A DNA stretch of 64,000 bases, taken from the human T2T-CHM13v2.0 reference genome, Homo sapiens. Under the pieces are notes generated by a model. That model did not search any database. It was not told the origin of the DNA and saw only the letters and a program-made list of their open reading frames with translations. Both the position numbers and the translations under genes were made by a program. Each line of letters begins with the position of its first letter. Positions within the stretch are counted from its first letter, which is position 1. Positions 42,481 through 55,849 of the stretch are shown here, one piece after another. The DNA is taken from assembly GCF_009914755.1 (NCBI RefSeq), contig NC_060928.1. One strand, 5' to 3'.

Positions 42481-42781
42481 AGCCGGGCTCGGTGGCTCAC
42501 ACCTGTAATCCCAGGACTTTGGGAGGCCAAGGCAGGTGGATCACCTGAGGTCAGGAGTTCGAGACTGGCCTGACCAATATGGAGAAACCTGTCTCTACTA
42601 AAAATAAGAAAATTAGCCTGGCCTGGTGGTGTGGGACTGTAGTCCCAGATACTCGGGAGGCTGAGACAGAAAAACTACTTGAACCCGGGAGGTGGAGGTT
42701 GCAACGAGCGGAGATTGCCTGGATAACAGAGTGAGACTTCATCTAAAAATAAATAAATAAACAAATAAATAAATAAATAAA
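42481..42781 (+). mobile_element. AluS with right-arm deletion and (AAAT)n tail
   Basis: TSD aataaaactca / aataaatctca. Confidence 0.95.
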
Positions 42782-44164
42782 TCTCATTTAAACCCTGTTT
42801 GATTACAAATTTGCATTCCATTGCCTAAATTCTGTAACAAGTTCATGTCACAGGTGCACTTGTTAGAGTTCTCTATAAATGAAAAATACACTGGACTCTT
42901 TGAGCTGGTATGTAAATGTTCTGCCCTGTTGTCCTCATATACATGTTCTTATACTCTGCTTTTCTGGGGGACAATGTATCCCTATCTTTAATTAGGAAAA
43001 TATGAGCACTATCATTACGGGCATAGCTAAGGATATACTAAACTGATTTATGAAAAATGTTTAAAAACATATTAGCCCTAAGGTACTACTTTTACCTCCT
43101 GTTAAATCTAATGCAAATAATATCCTGATTACATTAACAGAGGCATGTAAGTTTATGAAAATCAGCAAAACTTCTAAATATTCAGTATGTTTGACCTTCA
43201 CTTAGCTCCATCTCTCCATGACCACATGAATTTTGCCACTTTAGCTCCCTACTTTCTTGCAGGTAGTCATCAATTTTCCTGCTTCAATTGTTACTAAGGT
43301 TTATTCTGTGTAGTTAATTATTTGCAATCTCTTCATGCAGGCAGTGATAGATTCTTGCCTCATCATGATATAATTAACTTCTTTACATAATATTTAGCAT
43401 TAAAACAACCTGTTTATTTTGAGAGGCTATTATAATGCAAGGAGGTATGTTAAAGAAAAGGAGAAGTTTTCTTTCTCAAGTTCCAAGAGCATGAGTTTCT
43501 GGGCATAAAATTTGAAAGAAAACTCATTGAGAGTGGTTTCTTTCTCTGTTAGAATTACATGCATCTCTACAATTCATTGGTTGCGAACATCTTATAAAAC
43601 AAAGTTGTGTAAGTCAGCAAATACATCTAATTTAATAATGCCTAGATTCTAAACACAATTTATGAAACTCCAGACATGACATTAGCTAAAGAGAGTTGAG
43701 AAGAAGAAAAGGTAAATGTGAACTCTGACAAGAAATTATGGGAAAGGCTCCTTCAAAGAAAGGGGTCAGCAACATAGCCTTATGGCTAAACACCAAGAAG
43801 TAAGCCTTGGTGCTGATTTCACGTTCATAGAAATATGCTAGGGAAGTGTAGGTAATATTATATTTACACATCCGTGCTAACCTCCTATTTTTAACACTCA
43901 AGTCTAGCATATAAAAAAAATGAGAGTAAATCTTTAGCTCAGAATTCATCCAAAAATGAATTCCTTTTGCTTTTTTGATTAAGATCCACTCATCTATTTT
44001 TGCAATCTTTGAATATGGGAAGAAAGAGATTTATCAGATTCACAACATACAACTCATATAACTAAAAAATAGCTTTCTATTCATGTTTCAGGACTGGCAG
44101 ACAGGTAAAGTATATGAGCTTGGCCTTGTTTAAAGAAATTTGTATTAAGAAAACAAGGTGTGAA

Positions 44165-44535
44165 TGATATGGTTTGGCTGTGTCCACACCCAAATCTCAT
44201 CTTGAATTGTAGTTCCCATAATCCCCACCTGTCATGGGAGGGACCTGGTAGGAGTCCCTCCAGTCCTTATTGAATCACAGGGACGGTTACCCCATGTTGC
44301 TGTTCTCATGATAGTGAGTGAGTCTCACAAGATCTGATGGTTTTGTAAAGGGAGTTCCCCTGCACATGCTCTCTTGCCTGCCACCATGTAATGTGCCTTT
44401 GCTTCTCCTTTGCCTCTACCATGATTGTGAGGCCTCCCCAGCCATGTAGAACTGAGTCCATTAAACCTCTTTTTCTTTATAAATTACCCAGTCTCAGGTA
44501 TGTCTTTATTAGCAGAGTGGGAACAGGCTAATACA
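44165..44535 (+). mobile_element. THE1C-like solo LTR
   Basis: 'tgatatggtttggctgtgtcc...ctaataca', ~370 bp. Confidence 0.93.
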
Positions 44536-44755
44536 ATGACACTTTCTAAATTTTTCTTGAAATAAAATCATACAATCCAAGCATATGTTTGATAATAAAA
44601 TACAAGATGATTAATGCTTAATTTCCATTAAATTTAAAAAGACATACTTGGGATATCTGCAAGTATGAAGGCACTGGGAGAGATGGCTATGAAAAGTGAA
44701 AATTTGTACAATGCTTGCACTAGGCCTTATATAGAGAGAAATGTATATATACATA

Positions 44756-44762
44756 TGTGTGG

Positions 44763-44817
<55 letters not shown>

Positions 44818-44833
44818 GAGAGAGAGAGGAGAG
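44756..44833. repeat. (TG)n(AG)n compound microsatellite
   Basis: About 22 uninterrupted GT units followed by AG units. Confidence 0.97.
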
Positions 44834-45484
44834 ATCTCATCCCAGTGCCTTGGGATGGCTGTGCATTTCAGAAATCTTTGTGTCTTGCAAAATCATGTAC
44901 TAAAAATCACAAGGTGTATGGGAACAATAAAGCTTAGGGACTGATTTCCCCCAAACAAATGCAACTTTGTAACCAAAGCAATAACAAAACAATTATTGAC
45001 ATGTCATAAAACAACTTAGTTCAGGGATGCCACTTCAGCAACATCAAATAGGTGCAAAAACAATAAAGTAGAAATGCTGGCTTGAGGGCCGCTGAGATAA
45101 TGCAAACACAAATGAAGGTCTGTGCTCCTTGGTAAAAATACAACCTGCTGAGAGAGGCCTCAGTCCCAGGAGTATTGCTCTAGCATCAGAGCTCCGGGCT
45201 AGAGTTTGCTTTTAATTTTCTTAAAATATAGCTAAAAATGTTCTTACCTGTGCAGTAGCCAAGTTGAAAGCTTTTTTTCTTTTCTAACACAGTTATAATT
45301 CTACTTCTGCTACACCAGCCTCTCTTGCTTGGGCAAAATTGATAATGAAACAACTCAGTTTCCTGTTACACTGACATCATCTCCCCTACTTACCAATCAT
45401 GTAAGAATTCATTTGTGCTAGGGAAATATGTGTTATAGCACAACAGACTATAGGTATCTTAGGAGCTGTCTCTAATTTGTATGA

Positions 45485-45803
45485 CAGTCATGAATTGCTT
45501 AAAGATGAGGATACATTCTGAGAAACGCATCACTGGGCAATTTCATCATTGCATGAACACAAATTTAGATGGCATAGCCTACTACACAACTAAGCTATAT
45601 GGCATAGCCCATGCTTCTAGACTAAAAACCTGTATGTTACTATACTCAATAGTGTAGGCAATATAACATCATGGTATTTGTGTATCTAAACATATCAAAA
45701 CATAGAAAAGTGATAGTAAAAATACAGTATTATAATCTTATTGTACCACCATCATATATGTGGTTCTTCATTGACTAAGACATCATTTTATGACACATGA
45801 CTA
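45485..45803. mobile_element. Tigger3a/MER7A-type MITE
   Basis: TIRs 'cagtcatg' / 'catgacta'; 'gatacattctgagaaa', 'atagcctactacac'. Confidence 0.85.
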
Positions 45804-46164
45804 TACTTTATTGAGCTATTGATATTTGTATCTATATATAGATATTCATATCTATTTCTTTCTATATTTTATTAATCTTACTGTAGCCATTAAGAATTCC
45901 CTCATAGCATGTACTCACTCTCTCCCATATATATTTCTATATATACACATGTACATAAAAAAAAAAATATATATATATATAGCTTTAGGCCTTGTATGGA
46001 GGGATATATATATATGGGTTTCCTGAGGCCTCCCCAACCATGTGGAAGATATATATATATAGATATATAGATATATATATAGTCCCTCCATATAAGGCCT
46101 AAAGCAAGCATTATAAAAATTTTCATTTTCATAGCTATCTCTCCCAGTGCCTTGTACCTGTTCA

Positions 46165-46700
46165 GAGTTAGAGGATGATTATAATATAAATGCGGTAAAG
46201 AAAGTGCCACCAGAGGGCTGGGAGGACAATCCTGAGTGTTTGGGGATATGGAAGCCAAGGCAAGAGTCTGTGACAGAAGAAGGGAGACTCAGCCTAGAGT
46301 CTATGGAGGGTAAAGGTTGTTGGAGACATATTCTTTGGATTTAAAAGTAATGAGTTTGTCTGTGACTTTAACAAGAATAGTTTCAGCAGAGTAGCATGGC
46401 CAGAAGTCAGATTTCAGAAGTTTGCATACTCAACTAGAGGATACAAGTAGAGAAAGCGCTTGTAGATGACTCTTTATGAAATTTGATTATAAAATAGAAG
46501 AGAGAATAAGGGGAACAGCTAGAGGAGGATGTAGATTTGGTTATTTGTTTTATTACAAGGAAGAAAAATGTTTAAATGTTGTTGTAGGTGGTGGCCATCT
46601 AGGACACAGGCTAGAAAGTGTGTATATTAGGGAGGGTGGTCCCAGAGAAGGCTGTATGTGTTAGGCAAACAGAAATATAGAAGCAAGGTGGGAAACTTTT
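46165..46700 (-). mobile_element. L2 fragment, resuming at ~49013-49200 after the MaLR insertion
   Basis: 'atggaagccaagg', 'gtgactttaacaagaatagtttcagcagagt', 'cagaagtcagatt'. Confidence 0.65.
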
Positions 46701-46706
46701 ACATGG

Positions 46707-49012
46707 TGTATTAGTTCATTTTCACACTGCTATAATGAAGTATACGAGACTGGGTAATTTATCAAGAAAAGAGATTTAATTGACTCACAGTTCAACATGG
46801 TTGGGGGTCCTCAGGAAACCTACAATCATCATGGAAGGTGAAGGGAAAGTAAGGCATGTCTTTCATGGTGGCAAGAGAGAGAAAGCATGCAAGGGAAACT
46901 GACACTTTTAAACCATCAGATCTTGTGAGAACTTCCTCACTATCATAAGGGCAGCATGGGGGAAATAGCCCCCATGGTCCAATCACTTCCCATCAGGTCC
47001 CTCCCTTGACATGTGGGGAATTTCAGATGAGATTTGGGTGGGAACACAGAGCCAAACCATATCATTCTGCCCTTCCCAAATCTCATATCCTTTTCACATT
47101 TCAAAAGTAATCATGTCTTCCTAACAGCCAAAGTCTTAACTCATTCCAGCATTAACTCAAAAGTCCAAGCCCAAAGTTGCATCTAAGACAAGGCAAGTCC
47201 CTTTCACATATGAGCCTGTAAAATCAAAAGCAAGTTAGTTTCTTCCAAGTACAATGGGGCTACAGGAATTTGGTAAATGTTCCCATTCCAAATGGGAGAA
47301 ATTGGCCAAAATGAAGGGGATATCAGCCCCATACAATTTCAAAATCCAGCAGAGCAGTCATTAAATCTTTAATCTCCAACATCTCATTTAATTCCATGTC
47401 TCACATCCAGGGCATGCTGATGCAAAGGGTGGGTTCCCACAGCCTTAGGCAGCTCCACCCCTGTGGCTCTGCAGGGTACAGCCCCTGTGGCTGCTTTCAT
47501 GGGCTGGCATTGAGTGCCTGTGATTTTTCCAGATGGATGCTGGTGCTAGCTGTTGGTGGATTTACCATTCTGGGGTCTTGAGGAGAGTGACCCATTTCTC
47601 ACAGCTTGACTAGGCAGTATCCTCGTGGGAAGTCAGTGTGGGGGCTTCAACCCCACATTTCCTTTCCACACTGCCTTGGCCCAAGTTCTCCATGAGGGCT
47701 CCATCTGTGCTACAAACTTCTGCCTGGACATCCATGCATTTCCATACATCCTCTGAAATCTGGGCAGAAGCTCCCAAAGCTCAGTTGTTGTCTTCTGCAC
47801 ATCTGCAGGCCCAGGACCACATGGAAGCCACCAAGGCTTGGGGCTTATACCCTCTGAAGCGATGAGCCAAGCTGTACCTTTGCCCCTTTTAGCCATAACT
47901 GGAGCTTGAGCAATTGGGATGCAGGGCACCGTGTCCTGAGGCTGCACAGAGCAGCAAGGCCCTGGGCTTGGCCCACAAAACCATTTTTCCCTCCCAGGCC
48001 TCCAGGCCTGTGATGAGAGGGGCTGCCATGAAGATATCTGAAATGTCCTGGAGACATTTTCCCCATTGTCTTGGGGATTAACATTTCGGCTGCTCATTAC
48101 TTATGCAAATTTCTGCAGCCAGCTGAATTTCTCCCAAGAAAATGTGTTTTTCTTTTCTACCTCATGGTCAGGCTGCAAATTTTCTAAACTGTTATGCTGC
48201 ACTTCCCTTTTAAATACAATTTCCAGTTTTAGATAAGCTTTTTGTGAACATACATGACTGAACACTTTCAGGTTGCATCTTGACTGCTTTGCTACTTAGA
48301 AATTTCTTCTGCCAGATACCCTAAATCATCTATCTCAAGTTCAAAGTTCCACAGATTTCTAGGGCAGGGGCAAAATGCCTCTAGTCTCTTTGCTAAAGCA
48401 TAGCAAGAACAACCTTGCCCCAGTTCCCAATAAGTTCCTCATCCACATCTGTTACCACCTCAGCCTGGGCTTGACTGTCCATATCACTATCAGTATTTTG
48501 GTCAAAACCATTCAACTAGTCTCTAGGAAGTTCCAAACTTTCCATCATCTTCTCTTCTTTTTCTGAGCCCTCCAAACTGTCCCAATCTCTCCCCATTACC
48601 CAGTTCCTAAGTCGCTTCCACATTTTCAGGTTATCTTTATAGTGGTACCCTGCTCTTGGTATCAGTTTTCTGTAATAGTTCATTTTCACGTTGCTATAAC
48701 AAACTAGAATAGAGGTTTAATTGACTCACAGTTCTGCATGGCTGGGGAGGCCTCAGGAAACTTACAATCATGGTAGAAAGTGAAGAGGAAGCAATGCACA
48801 TGTATCTTACATATTGGCAGGAGAGAGAGTGCATAGGGAAACTGCCACTTTAAAACCATCAGATCTCGCGTGCACTCTCAGTCTATCAGGAGAACAACAT
48901 GGAAGAAACTGCCCCCATGTTTCAACCACCTCCCACCAGGTTCCTCCCTTAACACGTGGGGATTACAATTCGAGATGAGATTTGGTTGGGGACACAAAGC
49001 CAAACCATATCA
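46707..49012 (-). mobile_element. Full-length MaLR element (THE1D/MSTA-type): LTR 46707-47064, internal 47065-48670, LTR 48671-49012
   Basis: Two homologous LTRs ('tgtattagttcattttcac' / 'tgtaatagttcattttcac' ... 'aaaccatatca'); THE1-int-like interior; TSD catgg/tatgg. Confidence 0.95.
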
Positions 49013-49479
49013 TATGGTAATGGGAGAAAGGAGGAAATGATAGTTGCATATGAATAAGCATGTAGGGTCAGAAGAAGAAAGTTGAAGTTTTTGTCTAATA
49101 TTTTCTATTTTCTTTGAAGTAGAAGATAAAAGGAGGTTATTTTATTAGAGTTTTAAAATAGCTGCTGTTAAGAACAAGAAATAGTTGAGACTGTAAGAGG
49201 GCTCATAGGACAACTGATGCAGAGAAGGGTCACTGACATGAGCAGTTGATCCCTTTCCCCATCATCCTGGATCTCAGTTTGAGCTGACCCACATGTGACA
49301 TACATACTTCAGGAAGATGGTTTAACAACCATATGATCCAGCAGAACAGTCCCTTCCCTTATATTATTCTAGTGAGGCCTGTCTAATCCAGCTTTATTTC
49401 TCACTGGAATTCATGAGGAAAATAATTATGTTAACCTCAGCATCTCCTCTGTGTGTGCTTCACTGGGGTAAAATAGGAA

Positions 49480-49690
49480 TAACACAGGCTCTGGTACAAG
49501 GCCGACCCAGACTGCCTTCTCAGCTTCTTTGTTTCCTAATGGCACAGCAAGGACTTCATTTTTTGGATCTCATTTTCTATATAAAGCAGAGTTAAGCACC
49601 TACTTTTCTGCAGTCCTTACAAGCATTCAATGAGGCAATATATGTAAAGGTTCTGGCACAGAGTAGATGCTCAGCAAAGATATAGTTCCT
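49480..49690 (+). mobile_element. MIR
   Basis: 'tcaatgaggcaatatatgtaaaggttctggcacagagtagatgctcagcaaa'. Confidence 0.7.
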
Positions 49691-51829
49691 CACTTGTATA
49701 GTTAAATGCTGCTTCTAGAAATTGTTAGCTTAAGAAACGAGATGTTATTAGAGGAGATGTTAGTTTAAGAGAAGAGATAAGATGGTTGAGGATTTAGAAC
49801 AAGAGTCTGACAATGTTTAAAACGTTTCTTTGCTTTTTGTAATTAAATTGTCAAGCAGTACTCCCAGAAGAAGTTTGTTTTATGTATTTAGGTTTCTCAA
49901 ACTAATAATCATTGTGTGTTTAAGAAAGAAGAGACATTATAGGGCTAATGAACCCTGGTAGGTTGGTATTAAGGCTAGAAAAAAAAGAAGAAAAACAAAA
50001 CTGTCTGGGTGGCATAAAGATGAATAATATGGGTTTTTTCTGTTGTTTGTTTTGGTTTATTTCTTTTTGGATCTCAATAGAATCATTCAGGTAAATTAGA
50101 TAATTACTTACCAGATAAAACTGCATAATCATTGACAAGAATTTATTCAGAGTCAAATTTCGAGATTTAGGTTTTTATCTATTAGGTATAATTTGGTGAA
50201 CTTTTCAACCATAGGTACTCTTTTTGGTCCTCTACCAAGCAAATCAAACACCAAGTAGAAAGCATAAGGTAGGCTAAAGGATATTTCTTCATTTCACATT
50301 TTAGCACGTACCACAGGACCTATTTCAATGGGTAGAACTATAGCTCAGGAGGTTAAATACTTAAAGCAGTTTTAGACAGGAGGCATAGCAGCTTACACCC
50401 TGCCTGTGTTTATACACGTTTACATATAAAATTATAGAGAGTTTTAATAGCAATTTTTTCCATTTTGCTGGCAATTTATGTTTGTTCATGAACCCTTAGA
50501 TAGAGGACTTCATGTTTTCTGTTTGTTCTTTTCTTGAGTAAGAAATGCTCCGGAACAGAAATTGAAATAAAACTCAACCCTTCTATCTCAATTACTCTAG
50601 TGGACTGCTTGGCTTTTGCCCTCTAAGAAATATTTTTAAATTATCAGAGGAATCAACATACAAATAGAAGCAAGGGTTCAACTGTAAAAGAAAGGCTATA
50701 AAGTGAAGATTGGCCTTGCAGACATTGTAAAGGCTGAAGCACTTTCCCTGAACAAAGGGATAGTTGATCTTATCTTGATGATGTGTTGCTCCCAGCTGAA
50801 GAAGTATTTTGTTTTTGCTACAGACTAACCCTGGGTCTATGGTGCCATCTGCCCAAAGGACAGTGCTTCCAGGATGGAACAGGGACAAAGAGTCTGTATT
50901 ATCCTGTGAAATCATAATCTTGTAAAATGCTTCGGAGAGGTCAATCCTGTAAAACAACCTCAAACTCAGAAAAGATTAACTCTTCAGATTATAAATACGT
51001 AGTTTGTTCTTTCATGTTTACCAGCATGTTTTCCAAGAGATTGGCCATACCTGAGTTTTTAATCACACAGTTTATATCAATGATAGTAAGGGTGTATAAC
51101 CTGATCATGCTTCAAAGACATTTATAAGACATAAGATTTCTCATACAGAAATAACTGTATTTTACAGACTAATGATTTGGAGTGCATGAATTGGATCTTA
51201 TGAACTAATGGATGTTAAAACTTCAGACTGCAGAAACTAGTTCCGACCTTGCAATTTACGATGAAAATACCATGGAAGATACACACGTTTTAGAGAATTA
51301 AAACAAATAAAAGTGTAGAGACAGGAGTACGGCTTTGAACCCTTAATGGCAGCTTAAAAAGACTCAGAAATGCTATTAGAGGCTGCTGTTTAATACTTCA
51401 CACTGACCCAGAGCTAGCAATGGTATAAAAGCCTTAAATTATTACTCAAAGGGGTAAATGGGAGTCACTCTAAATCACAGAACAATGGATGGTCTAATTC
51501 AGAATTTATTTCTTTTCCCTGATGTCAGTAAAAAGCTCCAGTGATCAAAACAGTGGCAAATTAGATTTCTGGGCACTTTAAATGGTTTTAGATGTTGAGG
51601 TCACACTTCTTTATTATCTCTAATTGCACTTTAAAGTGTATTGCTTTCTTGTCCTTAACACTTGTGTCGATTTATTTTTCTCATATAGGTGAATACCTCT
51701 TAGGATGTAGTTAGAACAGGCCAGATAAGAAGTGGTGGGGCATGAGAAATAGTGGTGAAAGTTGAGAAAAGGAACTGATTAAAGGTACATCCATATCTTT
51801 TTCAATGATATGTATGCAATTAATTCAGT

Positions 51830-52680
51830 ATGAGAGGCAAAGGAGAGGCAAAAGGAAAAGGAGACTTCTAGTCATTTTCTTCAGATGATTTTGGTTAAAT
51901 GAAAATGTCTTTCTTTGAAACTGGGTATATAACACAAGAAGGAGGTTTGGAGGAAAAATATATACTTCATTTTGTAATGTTGAATATAAATTGCTCACTT
52001 GGTGGGATGTCAAATAGGCTGTCAAATACATAGATTTGGAGCTTAGGTGGAAATAATGACTTGGCTGTCGTGAGTGAAAAGCTGGTGGTTGCAGTCATAA
52101 CAATAAATCAGATTGCTCAGGAAAAATAAGTAGCACAAGAGAAGGACAAGGATAAAACTCCAAGGAATAGTGAAAATTAAAGGGCAAGAGAGGAAGTGAA
52201 GCCTAGCAGGAAACACACTGAGCAATGGTCAAATTAAGTTAAAAAATTGGTGCATTTTAGAAAAACCAAAGTAGGTCAAGAAAGGAATAGTCACTAGTGA
52301 ACAAAGCCACAGAATGAACAAAGCGATTTTGCAAGTTAGGAAAGTATTGGTGACTTTATAAAGAAGAGTTTTTATGGAGTGGTATTAAATTTGAAACCTG
52401 ATTATGAGGTAAGTAAATGGAGACATAGACTGATATTTTTGGAGGTCTGACATAGAAAGAGGCTTCAAGCTAGAAGGGAAGTAAAAGGCCCCAGGATCAT
52501 TTCTTTTAAGTGTAAGAGAGCTAAACTAATTTATTTTAGAAGGGAACACCTGTAAAGAGGGAAAAGATGAAGAATAAGACAAAAGTAAATGATGGAGGCA
52601 AAATTTTGGAGCAGACCAGACAACATAAGATCTGGCGTAAAGATGAAAGAATTAGATTTGGACAGAGGAGAGCTGTCTTT
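51830..52680 (-). mobile_element. L2 fragment
   Basis: Purine-rich antisense L2 motifs ('ttcattttgtaatgttga', 'atgtcaaataggc', 'ttggtgacttt'). Confidence 0.7.
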
Positions 52681-55600
52681 CTCTAAGAAGTAAAAAAAAA
52701 AAAAAGGTGTATCTCTTCTAAAGCAAATATGTAATCCAATTCCTTTTATTTTAGTAAATAACATCATAACTAATGTACTTTTAAACTCAGAAAAACTAGT
52801 AAACACATAATAGATGATGGTAAATAAATTCAGTCACTCTAATTAAAAAAAAAATCCATCTCCCAGGTGAGAAGCAGGATGCAAAAGACTTGACACATAA
52901 ATGTAATTAACTTATCTAAATAGAAGGGAGGTCAGGGTGGAATAGAATCAGAGAGGGGGTATTTATTCAGCTGTATCCAGGGGAGTTGTATTGATAAAAT
53001 CTCTAATTATTGTTGATTCCATGCAACAGCCATAGAACCACAGTAGAAAGGAAAGTATCAGGTAAGGAGCTGAATGACAGTAGCCACTGAGTCATTCAGC
53101 TCATTCCTCCTCCTCTGACTCCATGTTCATAATATAACATCCTCCATGTAACTTGGCTTACCACAATAGCCTCCCTGCAAACGGTTTTCCAATGACCATG
53201 ATCATTCCTTTTCCTGGACAATTCTAATTCTATTTTCTTTCATATCTGGCTGGTAAGATCTGACTTCTCAAAGACCAATCACCACTGGCTGCAATATTGG
53301 GATGGTTCTGCACTTTAAAGCTGGGCATAACTGAGCCTTGATGACAATAATTTCATCTAGATTATGTCATCCTGTAGATGCTCCGCTCCCCTAAATGACA
53401 CCTCTATTATCATCTTTAATCTCAGACAACAGCTTTGTAGACCCAGATGTTTATGAAATTATATGAATAATAGAATGAATAATAGAGTTTATACATTTCT
53501 TCAAAACCCCATGCCTTAGGCTTTTCCTAGTTTTTCGGAATGTCCGAGCACACAGGCCTATGCTGCTTTTAGTGACTACAGTGTGCCCCATAGCTAGATC
53601 CTAATTGTGCATTGCTAATATTCAGTATTTTAAATGCCTTTCATACTCTCTTATCCTAATATTTTTTATTGTAAGGGTAAAATAACTGAAAAATAATTTC
53701 TTTATTTATCTTTTATAAAGCAAGCGGCAAACCAAGATTCAGTCACAACTACAGGCCTTCTATTTCACAGAAACTTAATTTATTTGATGATATGAAAGCT
53801 TAGCTTTTACAGTTCAATTACAAGTGTGGTTGAAATCCAAGTATAAAAATTATATTTTACAAATCCTGTAAGTAGTAGAATGGTAAATTAAGTTCAGAGT
53901 AAGAATTGAAGTACCAGCAAGAAAAGATAAAATGTTTTTTGATTTTAAGAAAGGAAAGGGAAATTTAACTTTTAAACAATAGCTCGTAATTCTGAGTGGG
54001 AAATTAATATGAATCTAGAATTTATTTTTCCTCTAAGCTTCCTTTTTGTGGTTTTTTTTTCCCTTTTCAGATGCTGGTTAAATTTCTTATCTATTTATTT
54101 CTATCTTTATTTTGGAATTCATCACAGCCTTATGACAATCACTTGAAAGATGACTATATTTGATATATTTGGGTGGGAATACAACCATAGCCCACCCATT
54201 TGGGCAATTCTCAATTTAGGAACAAATGGTATTAAGCATTTGTGGGGGAAAATAGGAAATTTGTGTAACTGTCAAAGCTCATAGCACTCAAAGCCACCTA
54301 GAGGATTATATCTCATGGCTCTCTCTTCACACAGTAGCTCTGATAAACAACAAGGGCTGGTGGTGAAGGCATCCCAGCCAGTACACGTAGGGTCAAAATT
54401 TACATATATCTGATGCATATAGATACACGGAAACACAGACATACATAAAAGGAAAAAAAGCTTATTCTTCTAGAGTCATAATTTGTCAACTGTTAAAGAG
54501 AGGCAAAAGAAAGGATCATTGAATTAATAAAACATCAATTTAGCTCCTCTTTGCAAGTACTTATTTTTAGTTCCTGATAAAGAGGTGATGCTTAAAGTTT
54601 ATATCACACTTTCCTGGAAGATTTTTATATCCTGCCTTTCTGGAAGTTGAGGAGTAGAGACAAAACTGTGAGAGATTTAACAGGGCAAGATTGTATGAAG
54701 CCTAGAGAAGAGTTTGATGTTTATTTAATAATAGGGAAATTACATGTCCTTAATTGAAAATGTATTAACATTAAGTCTAAATTATTTTAAGAAAGAGATG
54801 AGACTTAAGTTCTCTTTGTATGCCCAGGTCATATCCATGAGAAGTCACAAAATATTTGTTAATAATAATAACATTAATGTCAATAGCTGTCCCCATGCCA
54901 CAGTTCTAAGGTACATGAAATATGTTAGAATTGGAAAAAAGAGAGGGACTCAGTGCCAGAGCTCCAGCTCAGCTTTGGAAAGGCTATACTATGGGCAGAA
55001 TAGAGAGGTTGGATTCACAAAAACAGGTGTTCTCCCAGCCCACACCCAACCCTGCAGCCCAAACTTAGTGTGTGTGTTTTTGTTGTTTTCTTACTTGCTT
55101 TTTTCTGCCTTTTTATTTAAGAGGTTTCAGTTGGGCTAAGTAAGTTAATGAAGACTATCCAAGAATAGGCATTATTCTTATGCTCAAAACTGTTTCGAGC
55201 TTCCTTCATTTTTAAATGTCTTTATGGTATTTAAATGGGCGATGGTGAGAAGGCATATCAGGCCCTGCCTGACTTCTGCCATCCTAATGCTGGAGTTTTT
55301 ACAGTTTCAGAATTCTCAATCTACTACATGCAGAACATTATGTATCTCCAGAATAGGAGAAGGGAGTGAGACCAGGTAGATAACTGACATGAGAAATCAT
55401 ATGAAATGAAAAGGATAATTACTCCAAGGATAGATAGTTCAGGAAAAAAGCTAACCTTTTCCCTAATAAGCCCTAATTGTCAGTGAAACACTTGCCTTGA
55501 GAAATGCAAAATAATTTGCTATAGTGATAATCGACTTTCTGTTTTATCCTCGTTATTTGGAGTTTGCAGCAGAGGATTCTCAGCTTAAACATTAACATTC

Positions 55601-55849
55601 AGGACTGTGCTTTATCTTTGTTTTAACCATCCAACTTCTTAATTACCATATTTTGAGATTACTGTCAAGGGCTCTGTTTTCTATTATTCAGTTTATAACA
55701 GTGCTATAAAAATTTAGTCATTATTTTACATAATAAAAACTCAATTCATAATCTTATTTCATGCACTAATGTTTAAGTATGCAAACATGATCTTCATGCT
55801 TTTAATAATTTCATTCAACTGTTTCCAAAGGATGTTAGTAGGAAGTTTT

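Noticed and set aside
47633-48097. 154 aa ORF
   Set aside because: Remnant of the MaLR internal region
50592-50963. 123 aa minus-strand ORF in unique DNA
   Set aside because: Non-ATG start, no recognisable domain, no convincing splice structure
54744-55139. 131 aa ORF
   Set aside because: No recognisable homology; composition fits random AT-rich sequence
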